From positions 1 to 50,077 of the forward strand of contig DAHVRZ010000005.1 in assembly GCA_027324805.1 (NCBI GenBank): a stretch of DNA of 50,077 bases, in the 5' to 3' direction. The stretch comes from Candidatus Parcubacteria bacterium (lineage in GTDB: Bacteria; Patescibacteriota; Minisyncoccia; UBA6257; 2-01-FULL-56-20). The position numbers and the translations under genes are program-made. Under the pieces are notes generated by a model. It was not told where the DNA came from and did not search any database. It saw nothing but the letters and a program-made list of their open reading frames with translations. This document shows positions 28,166-37,862 of the stretch, piece after piece; the first letter of the stretch is position 1; each line of letters begins with the position of its first letter.

Positions 28166-30559
28166 ATGGGTGCTTTTTACCTACTCCTTGCCGTTGTCGT
28201 GGGCGCCTTTGCGGGTGTCGCGGCGTTTTTTATTGTACGCGCTGCAGCCCGGCGGAGGGTGTTCGATTCGCTCCAGACAGCGATCTTTCTGGTGAGGGTT
28301 CCGAAGGGTTCGGCGGACGAAAAAGGAAACGGCACGGAGGGGAACGACTTCAAATCCGAACTTGCACATTTTGAGCAACTGCTCGGTTCGCTTGCGGCGA
28401 TCAGGAAGCCGTTCGCTTTCGAGGTCGCGGTGCCCCACGTGGGAGAAGAGATCCATTTTTACATGGTGGTGCCGAAGCTTTCCTCTGAGACCGCGGCGAA
28501 GCAGGTGCAGGGGTTGTGGAGCGGCGCAAGCGTGGAGCGCGTGGATGACGATTACACCGTCTTCAATGTGCACGGAGCAACGATGGCCGCTTACATTATC
28601 GAAAAAGAGAATTTCGCCTTGCCGGTCCGGACGTACGCGGAGCTCGGCGTCGATTCTTTCGAATCGATCGTGGGGGCGTTCGCGAGGATAAACGAGATCG
28701 GCGAAGGGGCTTCGCTCCAGATCATCGCCCGTCCGGCATTCCCAAGCGCGAAGAAAACGATCCATGGCTATATTGAGCTTCTGAAGCGCGGCGAGAAACT
28801 GGAGAAGGTATTCAAATCGGGCTTTGCGACCGGCCTTTCCGATGCGGCCAAGCTCCTCAATCCCGATTCAAAAGAACAACAGAAAAAGAAGGAGAAAGAG
28901 AAGGTGGTGGATGACGAGGCAGTGAAGGCACTCACCGCGAAAGCATCGAAGCCGCTTTTCGACGTGAATGTGCGGCTCGTCGCAAGCGCCGGATCGCAGT
29001 TCCAGGCTGACGACATCCTTGACGGCCTTGCCGCCGGCTTCAGCCAGTTCGCAAGCCCGATGCGCAACGAATTCAAAGTGGTGAAGCCACGCAATCCGAA
29101 GTCGCTCATTGAAAAGTTCATCTACCGCACCTTCGACGATTCCCAGAAGATGACCCTTTCCGCGGAGGAGATCGCGAGCTTTTATCATCTGCCCATCTCG
29201 TCCACGGAGACGCCGCATGTGAAATGGCTCAAGGCGAAAGAAGCGCCGCCACCGGAGAATATGCCGAAAGAAGGCCTTCTCCTTGGCGAGAGCGCATTTC
29301 ATGGGGCTACGCGGCCGATATTTCTTGCCGATGAAGATCGTCGCCGGCATATCTATATTGTCGGTCAGACGGGTACCGGCAAATCCACCCTGCTCAATAA
29401 TCTTCTTATAGAAGATATTGCGCGAGGAAAAGGTGTGGCAGTGATCGATCCGCACGGTGATCTTGTGGAAAAGGCCCTCGCATTCGTACCGAAGGAACGG
29501 CTTGATGACGTTATCTATTTCGATCCCGGCGACCTCACGCGGCCGATCGGGCTCAATATGCTCGATCACGATCCAAACAAGCCGGAGGAACGAACATTCA
29601 TAGTGAACGAGATGCAGAGCATCTTCGACAAGCTTTTCGATCAGGAGTCCATGGGGCCGATGTTCCAACAATACATGCGGAACGCACTCCTGCTTCTTAT
29701 GGAGGATATGCCGAACGAGCCGGCTACGCTCGTCGAAGTGCCGCGCGTCTTTACCGACAGCGCATACCGCATGCGCAAATTGGCGCGCATCCACAATCCG
29801 GTGGTCATGGATTTTTGGGAAAAGGAGGCGGTGAAAGCCGGTGGCGAGGCGTCGCTCGCAAACATGACGCCGTACATCACCTCGAAGTTCGGCGGATTCA
29901 TCACGAACGATTACATGCGGCCGATCATCGGTCAGGCGAAATCGGCGTTCAATTTCCGTGATGTGATGGATTCCGGAAAAATCCTCCTCGTCAACCTTTC
30001 AAAGGGTAAAATAGGGGACATCAATGCGAGCCTGCTCGGCATGGTCTTCACGGGCAAGATCCTGATGGCCGCCCTTTCGCGGACGGGAAGCGACGATGCC
30101 TCGCGCCGTGATTTCAACCTTTATATCGACGAATTCCAGAACTTCACGACCGATTCGATAGCGACCATTTTGAGCGAGGCGCGCAAATACCACCTTTCCC
30201 TCACGATGGCCCACCAGTTCATCGCCCAGCTCACCGATACGATCAAAGCTGCGGTGTTCGGCAACGTTGGCTCCGAGATCGTGATGCGCGTGGGCGTGGA
30301 AGATGCCGAATTTCTCGCCAAGCAGTTCGAGCCGGTCTTTAACGAGAACGATCTCATCAATATCGATAATTTCAACGCGTATGCGAAGATCCTCGTGAAC
30401 GGCCAGACTTCAAAGCCCTTCAATCTCAAAGTGGGAACGCAATCCTGGGCGCCGGGCAATGCGGATCTCGTGCCGAAGCTCAAGGAGTATTCGCGGCTCA
30501 AATACGGGATGGATCGGCAGCAGATCGAGGAAGAGATCTATAAGCGATTGCGGGGATAG
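28166..30559 (+). CDS. VirD4/TraD-like (type IV coupling protein / HerA-FtsK superfamily) membrane-anchored ATPase
   Basis: N-terminal TM; DRRRHIYIVGQTGTGKST (Walker A); IDPHGD; LYIDEFQNF (Walker B); SEARKY.L.L..AHQ; AVFGNVG. Confidence 0.9.
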   Translation: MGAFYLLLAVVVGAFAGVAAFFIVRAAARRRVFDSLQTAIFLVRVPKGSADEKGNGTEGNDFKSELAHFEQLLGSLAAIRKPFAFEVAVPHVGEEIHFYMVVPKLSSETAAKQVQGLWSGASVERVDDDYTVFNVHGATMAAYIIEKENFALPVRTYAELGVDSFESIVGAFARINEIGEGASLQIIARPAFPSAKKTIHGYIELLKRGEKLEKVFKSGFATGLSDAAKLLNPDSKEQQKKKEKEKVVDDEAVKALTAKASKPLFDVNVRLVASAGSQFQADDILDGLAAGFSQFASPMRNEFKVVKPRNPKSLIEKFIYRTFDDSQKMTLSAEEIASFYHLPISSTETPHVKWLKAKEAPPPENMPKEGLLLGESAFHGATRPIFLADEDRRRHIYIVGQTGTGKSTLLNNLLIEDIARGKGVAVIDPHGDLVEKALAFVPKERLDDVIYFDPGDLTRPIGLNMLDHDPNKPEERTFIVNEMQSIFDKLFDQESMGPMFQQYMRNALLLLMEDMPNEPATLVEVPRVFTDSAYRMRKLARIHNPVVMDFWEKEAVKAGGEASLANMTPYITSKFGGFITNDYMRPIIGQAKSAFNFRDVMDSGKILLVNLSKGKIGDINASLLGMVFTGKILMAALSRTGSDDASRRDFNLYIDEFQNFTTDSIATILSEARKYHLSLTMAHQFIAQLTDTIKAAVFGNVGSEIVMRVGVEDAEFLAKQFEPVFNENDLINIDNFNAYAKILVNGQTSKPFNLKVGTQSWAPGNADLVPKLKEYSRLKYGMDRQQIEEEIYKRLRG

Positions 30560-30598
30560 GACTGTCTGATTTCCCGGGATTCTGATAAAATTGGGTTA

Positions 30599-31771
30599 AT
30601 GATTCATTATCTCAGCAAGGCATCGCGGAAAGCGATCGCCGGCACGGCGCTTCTCAGGCTCGATTTCAATACGGAGGATGATTGGCGGATGCTTGCCGTC
30701 ATTCCGACGATACTGTTTTTATTAAAGAATGATTGCAGGATCGTCATCGTGAGCCATCGTGGGCGTCCGGAGGGCGGATCGCTCAATGACGGCGTCCCGG
30801 CGGGATTTCCTGCCGCTTTGCATCTCAAAAACGATGCGGCGGAACTTTCGAAACTTATAAAGAAACCCGTTATTTTTATTCGCCATTTCCGTTTCGCCGA
30901 GATAAAGAAGGAAGTCGCAACGTCGCCGAAGGGTTCTGTTTTTCTGCTCGATAATCTCCGTTTTCTGCCCGGCGAAGAGAAGAACGATCCCGCATTGGCG
31001 CGCCAGCTTGCCTCGCTTGCGGATTATTACGTGAACGACGCATTTGCCGTATCTCACCGTGCGAATGCATCGGTGGCCGCCGTCACGAAGTTCCTTGAAA
31101 GCTATGCCGGCCTTGAGCTTGAAAAGGAGATCGCGGGACTTTCCCGGGCGGTCGTTACGCCGAACCATCCGGTGGTTCTTATTTTGGGAGGGGCGAAGGC
31201 ATCGGATAAACTCGGCGTCATAAAGCATTTCCGTTCTTCCGGCAAGGCGGACCATTTTCTTCTGGGAGGAGGTTCGGCAAATAGCGTGCTCACGCTCAGG
31301 GGCTTTGATGTAAAAGATTCGCTTCGCGAGAGCGACCCTAAAACGCTTGCCGTGCTCACGCCGCTCGCCACGGACAAAAAAGTGGTCGTGCCCACGGACG
31401 TCGTATGGGGCGTCGGTTCGGACAAAAAGAAGATCCTTGATATTGGGCCGAAGGCGATACGCCGCTTTTCGGAGGCGATCGCCGCGGCGCGGACGATCAT
31501 CTGGAGCGGACCGCTTGGTTTCATCGAGAGAAAGGAATATACGAAGGGTAGTATTGCCGTTGCGCGGGCGATCGGCAGGAATCGAAAAGCCTTTTCACTT
31601 ACGGGCGGCGGAGAGACGGTGATGTTCCTCAAGAAATACAAACTCGACAAGCAATTCAGTTTTATCTCGACGGGCGGCGGAGCGATGCTCGACTTCCTCG
31701 CGGGGGAAAAATTACCCGGCATCGAGGCGCTGAAGCGGGTGAAGTCCAAACAAACAAAACCCAAACAATAA
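30599..31771 (+). CDS. pgk: Phosphoglycerate kinase
   Basis: RLDFN, SH.GRP, NLRF, YVNDAFAVSHR, GGAK, LDIGP, STGGGAMLDFLAGEKLPG. Confidence 0.95.
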   Translation: MIHYLSKASRKAIAGTALLRLDFNTEDDWRMLAVIPTILFLLKNDCRIVIVSHRGRPEGGSLNDGVPAGFPAALHLKNDAAELSKLIKKPVIFIRHFRFAEIKKEVATSPKGSVFLLDNLRFLPGEEKNDPALARQLASLADYYVNDAFAVSHRANASVAAVTKFLESYAGLELEKEIAGLSRAVVTPNHPVVLILGGAKASDKLGVIKHFRSSGKADHFLLGGGSANSVLTLRGFDVKDSLRESDPKTLAVLTPLATDKKVVVPTDVVWGVGSDKKKILDIGPKAIRRFSEAIAAARTIIWSGPLGFIERKEYTKGSIAVARAIGRNRKAFSLTGGGETVMFLKKYKLDKQFSFISTGGGAMLDFLAGEKLPGIEALKRVKSKQTKPKQ

Positions 31772-31785
31772 TTACGGTCACAACA

Positions 31786-32760
31786 ATGATCTACGACGCC
31801 TATTTCCATAATGATTTCGACGGGCGCGCGAGCGCGGCAGTGATGCTTGCGTTCCTGCGGAGCCGCGGAGACGACATCGAGCATTTTGTTCCGGTGGATT
31901 TCAATCTCACGAAACAGTGGCTCGATGAAAAATTCTTTGCCAAGCACAGGCTGTTCAAAGGGAGGCGGAATCCCGCAATCGTCCTCGATTTCCCATACCA
32001 TCCCGGCGCGGCGATATGGTTCGACCACCATCCTACCACTTTCAAAAAGGAGGCTTGGCAAAAGAAGTTCAAGCGTGATATGTTCCACCGGCTCGATCCC
32101 TCATATCTTTCAAACTGCCATCTTACCTATACCGCACTCAAGGAAAACTTCGGCTGGAAACCTCCCGCTCATTTCCGCGAGCTCGTGAAATGGCTTGATG
32201 TGATCGATGGCGCGCGCTACGCTTCGGCCGAGCAGACGATCGCGATTAAGGAGCCCGCACTCGAGGTTACGGCGTATGTGGATGGAACGGAAGACGACCT
32301 CCGAGCAACGGCGGCATTCGTGGAGCTGCTTGCCACGGAGCCTCTCGGCGAGATCGCGAAGATGCCTGCGGTGCGCACGATGGCGGCAGCCGCACGCAAA
32401 ACCAATCTCAAAGCACTCGCATTCTATCGCAATCATCTCAAGGTGGAAGGCGATGCGACGTTCGTGGACCTTACCGGTACGGATTTTGCGACGCTTCGCT
32501 TTGCACCGTATTATCTTCATCCGAAGGTTCTTTATGCGGTACGCGTCACGAAGCGAGGGAGATTCTATCATGTTGGTGTCGGCGCAAATCCGTGGATGAC
32601 GGCGGCGGCACGGAAGAAGCATGCGGACGTCCATATCGGTGAACTTATGCGGAAGTTCGGCGGAGGAGGGCACAAGAATGCCGGAGCCTGCGAGATCGCG
32701 ACGAAACGCAAAGCGATCGCTGTTGCAAAGGCGATTATCCCCGTACTGAACGGGGATTAG
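31786..32760 (+). CDS. DHH/DHHA1 family phosphoesterase
   Basis: H.DFDG, LDF, FDHH and C-terminal GGGH..AG motifs. Confidence 0.85.
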   Translation: MIYDAYFHNDFDGRASAAVMLAFLRSRGDDIEHFVPVDFNLTKQWLDEKFFAKHRLFKGRRNPAIVLDFPYHPGAAIWFDHHPTTFKKEAWQKKFKRDMFHRLDPSYLSNCHLTYTALKENFGWKPPAHFRELVKWLDVIDGARYASAEQTIAIKEPALEVTAYVDGTEDDLRATAAFVELLATEPLGEIAKMPAVRTMAAAARKTNLKALAFYRNHLKVEGDATFVDLTGTDFATLRFAPYYLHPKVLYAVRVTKRGRFYHVGVGANPWMTAAARKKHADVHIGELMRKFGGGGHKNAGACEIATKRKAIAVAKAIIPVLNGD

Positions 32761-32786
32761 GAGAGGCATTTAACCCATTTTTTTCA

Positions 32787-33437
32787 ATGACATCTTCGAA
32801 GAAGAAGAAATATTATGCGTACTTCGTGCCGCCGGTCGCTGCGGGCAAAGCGGAACGGACGGGGGTGACCGGCGAATGGAAGGTTTGCGAGTCCTTGGTG
32901 TCCGGCGTTCCGGACGCCCGATATAAAGCTTTTGAATCCCTGCGCGAGGCGGAGGCGTGGCTTGCGGGCGGCGCGATGTACGAGGCGCGTCCGCCGAAGG
33001 CAGTACGCAGGGCCGTACTCGAGCCGGGAATCTATTTTGACGCCGGAACCGGCCGGGGTGAGGGCGTGGAGGTGAGTGTGACGGACGAAAAAGGAAAAAA
33101 TCTTCTCCATAAAGCCGTTTCACGGGATGGGCTTAACCGTTTCGGCAAGCATCTTGTGGGCGATGCCGCGGCAACAAACAACTATGGCGAATTGCTGGCG
33201 CTCCGCTGGGCTCTCGAGATCGCCCGGAAAACCGGGAAAAAGAAAGTGTTCGGTGACAGCAAGCTCGTCATTGATTATTGGTCAAAGTGGAAGATAAAGC
33301 GCAAAGAGGTTGCAACAGAAACCGTTGCGCTTGCGGACGAGGTCGCGGCGCTCCGTGAAGCATTCGAAAGAGGCGGAGGCGCGGTGGCGCGCATTTCGGG
33401 CGACGATAATCCCGCAGATCTTGGATTTCACAAATAG
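32787..33437 (+). CDS. rnhA: Ribonuclease HI with N-terminal hybrid-binding (viroplasmin-like) domain
   Basis: KYYAY...W..C...V.G...RYKAF....EAEAWL, followed by YFDAG, TNNYGELLA, GDSKL, NPAD. Confidence 0.88.
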   Translation: MTSSKKKKYYAYFVPPVAAGKAERTGVTGEWKVCESLVSGVPDARYKAFESLREAEAWLAGGAMYEARPPKAVRRAVLEPGIYFDAGTGRGEGVEVSVTDEKGKNLLHKAVSRDGLNRFGKHLVGDAAATNNYGELLALRWALEIARKTGKKKVFGDSKLVIDYWSKWKIKRKEVATETVALADEVAALREAFERGGGAVARISGDDNPADLGFHK

Positions 33438-33457
33438 ACAAAGGAGATCCTCTCATA

Positions 33458-33509
33458 AAAAATAAAAGGCATCCCAGCGGCCGCAGTGAACGGGCGCGCA
33501 TGGGATGCC
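33458..33509 (-). terminator. Terminator-like hairpin between convergent genes
   Basis: ggcatccca...tgggatgcc stem preceded by an A run (U tail on the minus strand). Confidence 0.55.
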
Positions 33510-33537
33510 GTGTGATATTGATCGATGAGAACTGTTT

Positions 33538-33867
33538 TCAGGCGAGGGAAAACTGTGCTTTCGAGGCACGGGAAGGTTGCTGCGGCGGGGATGTGAGATC
33601 GCTCACCGTGCACCGGAATACCTTCGTGAGGCGTTCCATCTGGCCTTCGGTAAGGTAAACCTGGTCTCCGCTGATCACGATCTTGTAGAGGGCGTGATAC
33701 CGTACACCCGACGTATTCGCAAGGTCTTCGAGCGACAGGCCGAATTTCCTCATGAATGCGCAGAGGGATTCTTTGTTGGGCACCTTCGTGCGCATGCGGT
33801 TCGGGCGGGGAGTTGCATTCGGTGCGTTCTTCGCGCGCGGCGTTTTTTTCATCTCTTGTTCGGTCAC
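33538..33867 (-). CDS. XRE/Cro-type helix-turn-helix protein
   Basis: L..FMRKFGLSLEDLANTSGV....LYKI...MERLTKVFRCTVSDL. The ATG at 33852 is an alternative start. Upstream TTGACT-16-TATCAT on the minus strand. Confidence 0.65.
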   Translation of the reverse strand: MTEQEMKKTPRAKNAPNATPRPNRMRTKVPNKESLCAFMRKFGLSLEDLANTSGVRYHALYKIVISGDQVYLTEGQMERLTKVFRCTVSDLTSPPQQPSRASKAQFSLA

Positions 33868-33982
33868 CTCATTCTTCGATTTTTTTGCCTGGCAGTTCTG
33901 ATGAAACGAACTGCGTTCAATGATACGGCATCACGGCTACGAGTCAATAGTATTTTCCGGGGAAGCGTGTTATAATGTCGGA

Positions 33983-34413
33983 GCAGGGCAGAACGGACGA
34001 TCGCTCTTCGGGTGCAAACCAGGGGAGAGGAAAATCCGGACACCCTCCATGGATCGCTTTTGCTTCGGCGGAGCGGTGTATGGACAAAAAGGTACCCGGC
34101 GAAACGCCGGGCGTCCGTAAGGATAGAGGTGCGAGCAGTGACGTCCCGAGGCAAAAGCCGAGGGAGGGCCCGATCCCGACGTAGAAGGCCTAATTCCGCC
34201 ATAGGGACAACAAAGCGGAAGTGAAACGGCAAAATCCTTACCGGGTGCAAGGTCGTGCCTCTCGCCGTGATCCGAAAGGACCGCGTGCAAGGGGAGTGCC
34301 GCATGAGCCTGCGAGCAATCAAAGGCCAAGATGAATGATCGTCCCCGCATTTTGCGAACTGCTTATGCAGAGCGAAGGTGTGGCGACAGAATCCGGTTTA
34401 CAGTCTGCCCTGC
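33983..34413 (+). ncRNA. rnpB: RNase P RNA
   Basis: P1 GCAGGGCAGA/TCTGCCCTGC; CR-I GAGGAAAATCCGGAC (34027); CR-V ACAGAATCCGGTTTA (34386); GTGAAACGGC; GTGCAAG; upstream TGtTATAAT (33968-33976). Confidence 0.93.
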
Positions 34414-34419
34414 AATCCA

Positions 34420-34445
34420 GAACCCGGCGATGAGCCGGGTTTTTG
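34420..34445 (+). terminator. rnpB terminator
   Basis: aacccggc-gatga-gccgggttttt. Confidence 0.85.
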
Positions 34446-34510
34446 ATTGAGAAGCCAACGAATATTCCGCGATTGTTTTTATCTTCTGATGTCGCACCGG
34501 AGTCCGGTAT

Positions 34511-35203
34511 TCACGCCTGGAGGAGTCGCGCCTTTTCCTCCATCTCCTCTTTGATGTCCTCCGAGTAGGGGAGAATACGATTCCTTCCGCGGACGATTGT
34601 TCCATCCGGCAGTTCTCTGTCTTCCTTTGCTATGAAAAGAGCTTCGTCGGCGCGCGCGAATGCCGTTTCTACATCTTCTCCGGGCGTGACGACCGTGTAC
34701 CCGCCGCTAAATGTTATGGGCGTCGGTTCGCCGTCGAGTTCCACCATGAATCCGAGCTTGAGGCGCTCCATAAGGCCTGCGACATCCACCTCCTTAAGAA
34801 GTACGGCAAATTCCTCTCCGCCGTAACGCGCGACGACATCGTCGACGCGGAATTTTTCCCTGACGAGCGACATGAGATGTTCCGCGGCCGCCTTAAGCGC
34901 GCGGTCGCCGCCGACATGGCCTTCCCTGAATGCGTCGTTTACGATCTTGAAGTTATCGAGATCGAGGATCAGGAGCACGTCGGGGTTGCCCTCCGTCGCC
35001 GAGCTGCGTTTTTCGATATCGCCCTTCCGTCGCGCAAATTCTTCATTGAATTTGCGCCGGTTATCGAGTCCCGTAAGTTCATCGGTATAGGCCATTTTCA
35101 TAAGCTCTTCAATTTTCCGGTCACGCTTGTTAATGGCGTCCTTCAGCTCTGCAATCGTTTCTTCCGGAGCGGGGATGTATTCTTGAGGGGGCTGTTCTGT
35201 CAT
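34511..35203 (-). CDS. Diguanylate cyclase (coiled coil + GGDEF domain)
   Basis: AYTDELTGLDNRR, DLDNFKIVND, GHVGGD, ARYGGEEF, ADEALF.AK, GRNR. Confidence 0.92.
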   Translation of the reverse strand: MTEQPPQEYIPAPEETIAELKDAINKRDRKIEELMKMAYTDELTGLDNRRKFNEEFARRKGDIEKRSSATEGNPDVLLILDLDNFKIVNDAFREGHVGGDRALKAAAEHLMSLVREKFRVDDVVARYGGEEFAVLLKEVDVAGLMERLKLGFMVELDGEPTPITFSGGYTVVTPGEDVETAFARADEALFIAKEDRELPDGTIVRGRNRILPYSEDIKEEMEEKARLLQA

Positions 35204-35353
35204 GGTTATGGTGTTTCTCAAATTATGCTATTTTTTTCAGAAAGAGCAACATTCCATTTTTTCCAAGGGAGGAGTATGTTGTGATGACCAAATCGCCGTC
35301 GTTTCAAAAAAGCTACGCACAAGCCCCTATCTGTGATTTGTTATAATGAATGT

Positions 35354-36520
35354 ATGAAAAAAATAAACATAAGTCGATTCAGAGTGGTCGGATTGGCCCT
35401 TGCAGCGACGATTGCGTCGTTTGCCATGTATGCCGTTCCGGCGGCCCATGCGGCATATTTTAATGCCGGAAGGAATGTAACGGTCGAAAATGCGGCAACG
35501 GTCGCGCAGAACGTTTATGTGGCCGGCGCAAGCGTCGCGGTATCCTCGCCTGTGAATGGCGATGTGCTCGCGGCGGGTAGCACGCTTTATATTTCGAGCA
35601 AGGCAAGCGGTGACATCATGGCGATCGGCAGTAATGTGATCATTCAAGGCGCTTCGGCACAGGACGTCCGCGTGGCGGCTGCCAACCTTACGGTGGGCGG
35701 CACGTTCAGCGGCGAGCTTGCCGCTGCCGGTGCTTCGGTCACGGTTACGCCGGGCACGACGATCGCGAAAGATTCGTATATCGCCGGCGCCAGTATTTCG
35801 TTCGACGGCAGCGAGTCGGGTAGTTTATACCTTGCCGGCGGGGCGGTATATTTCGACGGCACGACGGGCGGCAATCTTGTCATCAAGAATGCGAAGCAGG
35901 TGACGATCGGACCGGATGCGGTGATCGGCGGAAATCTTGATTACACCGCGCAGGCTTCGGCGACGATAGAGCCGGGTGCGCATATTGCCGGCGCGACGAC
36001 GTTCCATCAGACGGTGGTGAAACAGAGTCCCGATGCCTGGATGGGTCCGTTTGCCGTATTGATCACGTTGTGGTGGTTCATCAAATTCCTTATGATGCTC
36101 ACGGCGGCATATCTTTTCTGGTATGTCCTTCGCAGGGATGCGACGGAGATCGTAACGCGCGCGACACACGGGTTCTGGAAGGAACTCCTTCGGGGTTTCG
36201 TTGTCGCGGTTGCTCTTCCTGTCGCCGCGATCATTGCACTCATCACGGTGATCGGTATGATTCCCGGTATTGCGGCATTCCTCGCGTACGGTCTGGTGCT
36301 TCTCGTTGCCTGTCCCATGGCGGGCATCGTCACTGCGGCAGTCATCTGGCGGAACCGGACCCCGAATCTCAGGTGGTATCATATCCTCCTTGGCGTATTG
36401 ATCCTCGACATCATCGGATTCATCCCGTTCATCGGATGGATCGTGGCGCTTGCCGTTTATCTTGCTTCGTTCGGTGCGCTTGTGATGGTGTTATGGCTCC
36501 GGATTATCAAGCGAGCATAA
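35354..36520 (+). CDS. Membrane protein with N-terminal beta-solenoid (bactofilin/polymer-forming-like) repeats and a C-terminal multi-TM domain
   Basis: Signal-like N-terminus; ~15-aa repeats V.GDV.AAG..V.I; C-terminal TM helices ending FIPFIGW. Confidence 0.8.
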   Translation: MKKINISRFRVVGLALAATIASFAMYAVPAAHAAYFNAGRNVTVENAATVAQNVYVAGASVAVSSPVNGDVLAAGSTLYISSKASGDIMAIGSNVIIQGASAQDVRVAAANLTVGGTFSGELAAAGASVTVTPGTTIAKDSYIAGASISFDGSESGSLYLAGGAVYFDGTTGGNLVIKNAKQVTIGPDAVIGGNLDYTAQASATIEPGAHIAGATTFHQTVVKQSPDAWMGPFAVLITLWWFIKFLMMLTAAYLFWYVLRRDATEIVTRATHGFWKELLRGFVVAVALPVAAIIALITVIGMIPGIAAFLAYGLVLLVACPMAGIVTAAVIWRNRTPNLRWYHILLGVLILDIIGFIPFIGWIVALAVYLASFGALVMVLWLRIIKRA

Positions 36521-36550
36521 ACCGGATTCGACAAAAATAAGCGACAACGG

Positions 36551-36582
36551 AAAACGGACGGCTTTGGCCGTCCGTTTTTTTT
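36551..36582 (+). terminator. Intrinsic terminator
   Basis: aaaacggacggc-tttg-gccgtccg followed by an 8-T run. Confidence 0.88.
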
Positions 36583-36653
36583 CCTTATATTTGTGCGATG
36601 CTCCGCTTTCTTTATATTTTTAATCCAAAGGGCGATAAGGTATACTCATAACT

Positions 36654-37217
36654 ATGAACGATCCTATGGCCGTTTACGGCATTATTATCGCGATCCTGTG
36701 GACCATTTTCATTCTTTATTGGATCATCTCCGCGGTATCGGTGAAAAAGGATGTGTATCGGCAAGGGGCCTGGTGGCAGAGAGCTTTCGTTTTTGCGATC
36801 GCCGCGTTCGTCCTTACGAATTTGGTGCCGGCGTGGCGCGAGCCACTTTTCCCGCAGAGTCCCGCTTTTGCGATCGCCGCGATCGTCCTCACTGCAATAG
36901 GTATTTTATTTGCCGTATGGGCGCGGATCCATCTCGGCGCGAACTGGAGTTCCCAGCCGGCGCTCAAAGAAGGGCACGAACTCGTTACCTCGGGGCCCTA
37001 CCGTTTTGTCCGGCACCCCATCTACACGGGGGTCATTCTTGCGTTCATCGGGACGGCGCTCGTTAATAACATGCTTTGGGACGTGGTGATCCTTCTTGTA
37101 GCTATTATGTTCGTTCGTCGCGTGTATGCGGAGGATCGGCTCATGGCGCGGCAATTTCCTGACCGATATCCGGAATATAAAAAAAGGACGAAGGCACTTA
37201 TTCCGTTCGTTTGGTAA
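36654..37217 (+). CDS. Isoprenylcysteine carboxyl methyltransferase family membrane protein
   Basis: LG.NWS...HELVTSGPYRFVRHPIYTG...ED..M...F...Y.EYKKRT..LIP. Confidence 0.9.
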   Translation: MNDPMAVYGIIIAILWTIFILYWIISAVSVKKDVYRQGAWWQRAFVFAIAAFVLTNLVPAWREPLFPQSPAFAIAAIVLTAIGILFAVWARIHLGANWSSQPALKEGHELVTSGPYRFVRHPIYTGVILAFIGTALVNNMLWDVVILLVAIMFVRRVYAEDRLMARQFPDRYPEYKKRTKALIPFVW

Positions 37218-37247
37218 TAAAAATTCAAGCCTATCCATAACAAATCC

Positions 37248-37823
37248 ATGAATGAACTCATTATCAATAAAGAAAAAACGGCGATCGTCGTGATAGATCT
37301 GCAGAAAGGGATCGTCGGTATGCCGGTGGAGCCTCATGCGGCGGCGGACGTCGTGGCGAATGCGGCGAAGCTTGCGCAGGCGTTCCGGAAAAACGGCATG
37401 CCGGTTTTCCTCGTGCATGTCACGCCATCCGCGGACGGCAAGGATGCGCTTCATCCCGTGAGCGATGCGGCGACGATGAGTGCCCCGCGCGCAGCGGACT
37501 GGGCGGAGTTTGTGCCGGAGATGGGACCGGAGCCAGGGGATTTTATCGTTACGAAGCGGCAATGGGGAGCGTTCTACGGTACCGAACTGGACCTCCAGTT
37601 GCGCCGGCGCGGCATCAATACGATCGTGCTTTGCGGCATTTCGACGAATATAGGAGTGGAAAGCACTGCCCGTTTCGCGTTCGAATACGGCTATGAACAG
37701 ATATTTGCAGAGGACGCGACCGCCGCGCGGTCAGCGGACGAACATGAGCATGCGATGAAAGGCACCTTCATGCGCATAGGGCGCGTTCGCACGACGGAAG
37801 ATATCCTGTCGGCGCTTGTATAG
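37248..37823 (+). CDS. Isochorismatase-family cysteine hydrolase (YecD-like)
   Basis: TAIVVIDLQKGI, TKRQWGAFYGTELDLQLRRRGI, GISTNIGVESTAR. Confidence 0.9.
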   Translation: MNELIINKEKTAIVVIDLQKGIVGMPVEPHAAADVVANAAKLAQAFRKNGMPVFLVHVTPSADGKDALHPVSDAATMSAPRAADWAEFVPEMGPEPGDFIVTKRQWGAFYGTELDLQLRRRGINTIVLCGISTNIGVESTARFAFEYGYEQIFAEDATAARSADEHEHAMKGTFMRIGRVRTTEDILSALV

Positions 37824-37862
37824 TTATCGCGCCGGACCGCCCCCGTGCGCTATAATGACAAT

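Noticed and set aside
34418-34428. Second CAGAACCCGGC resembling the RNase P CR-V just after rnpB
   Set aside because: It forms the 5' arm of the terminator, and P1 already closes at 34413.
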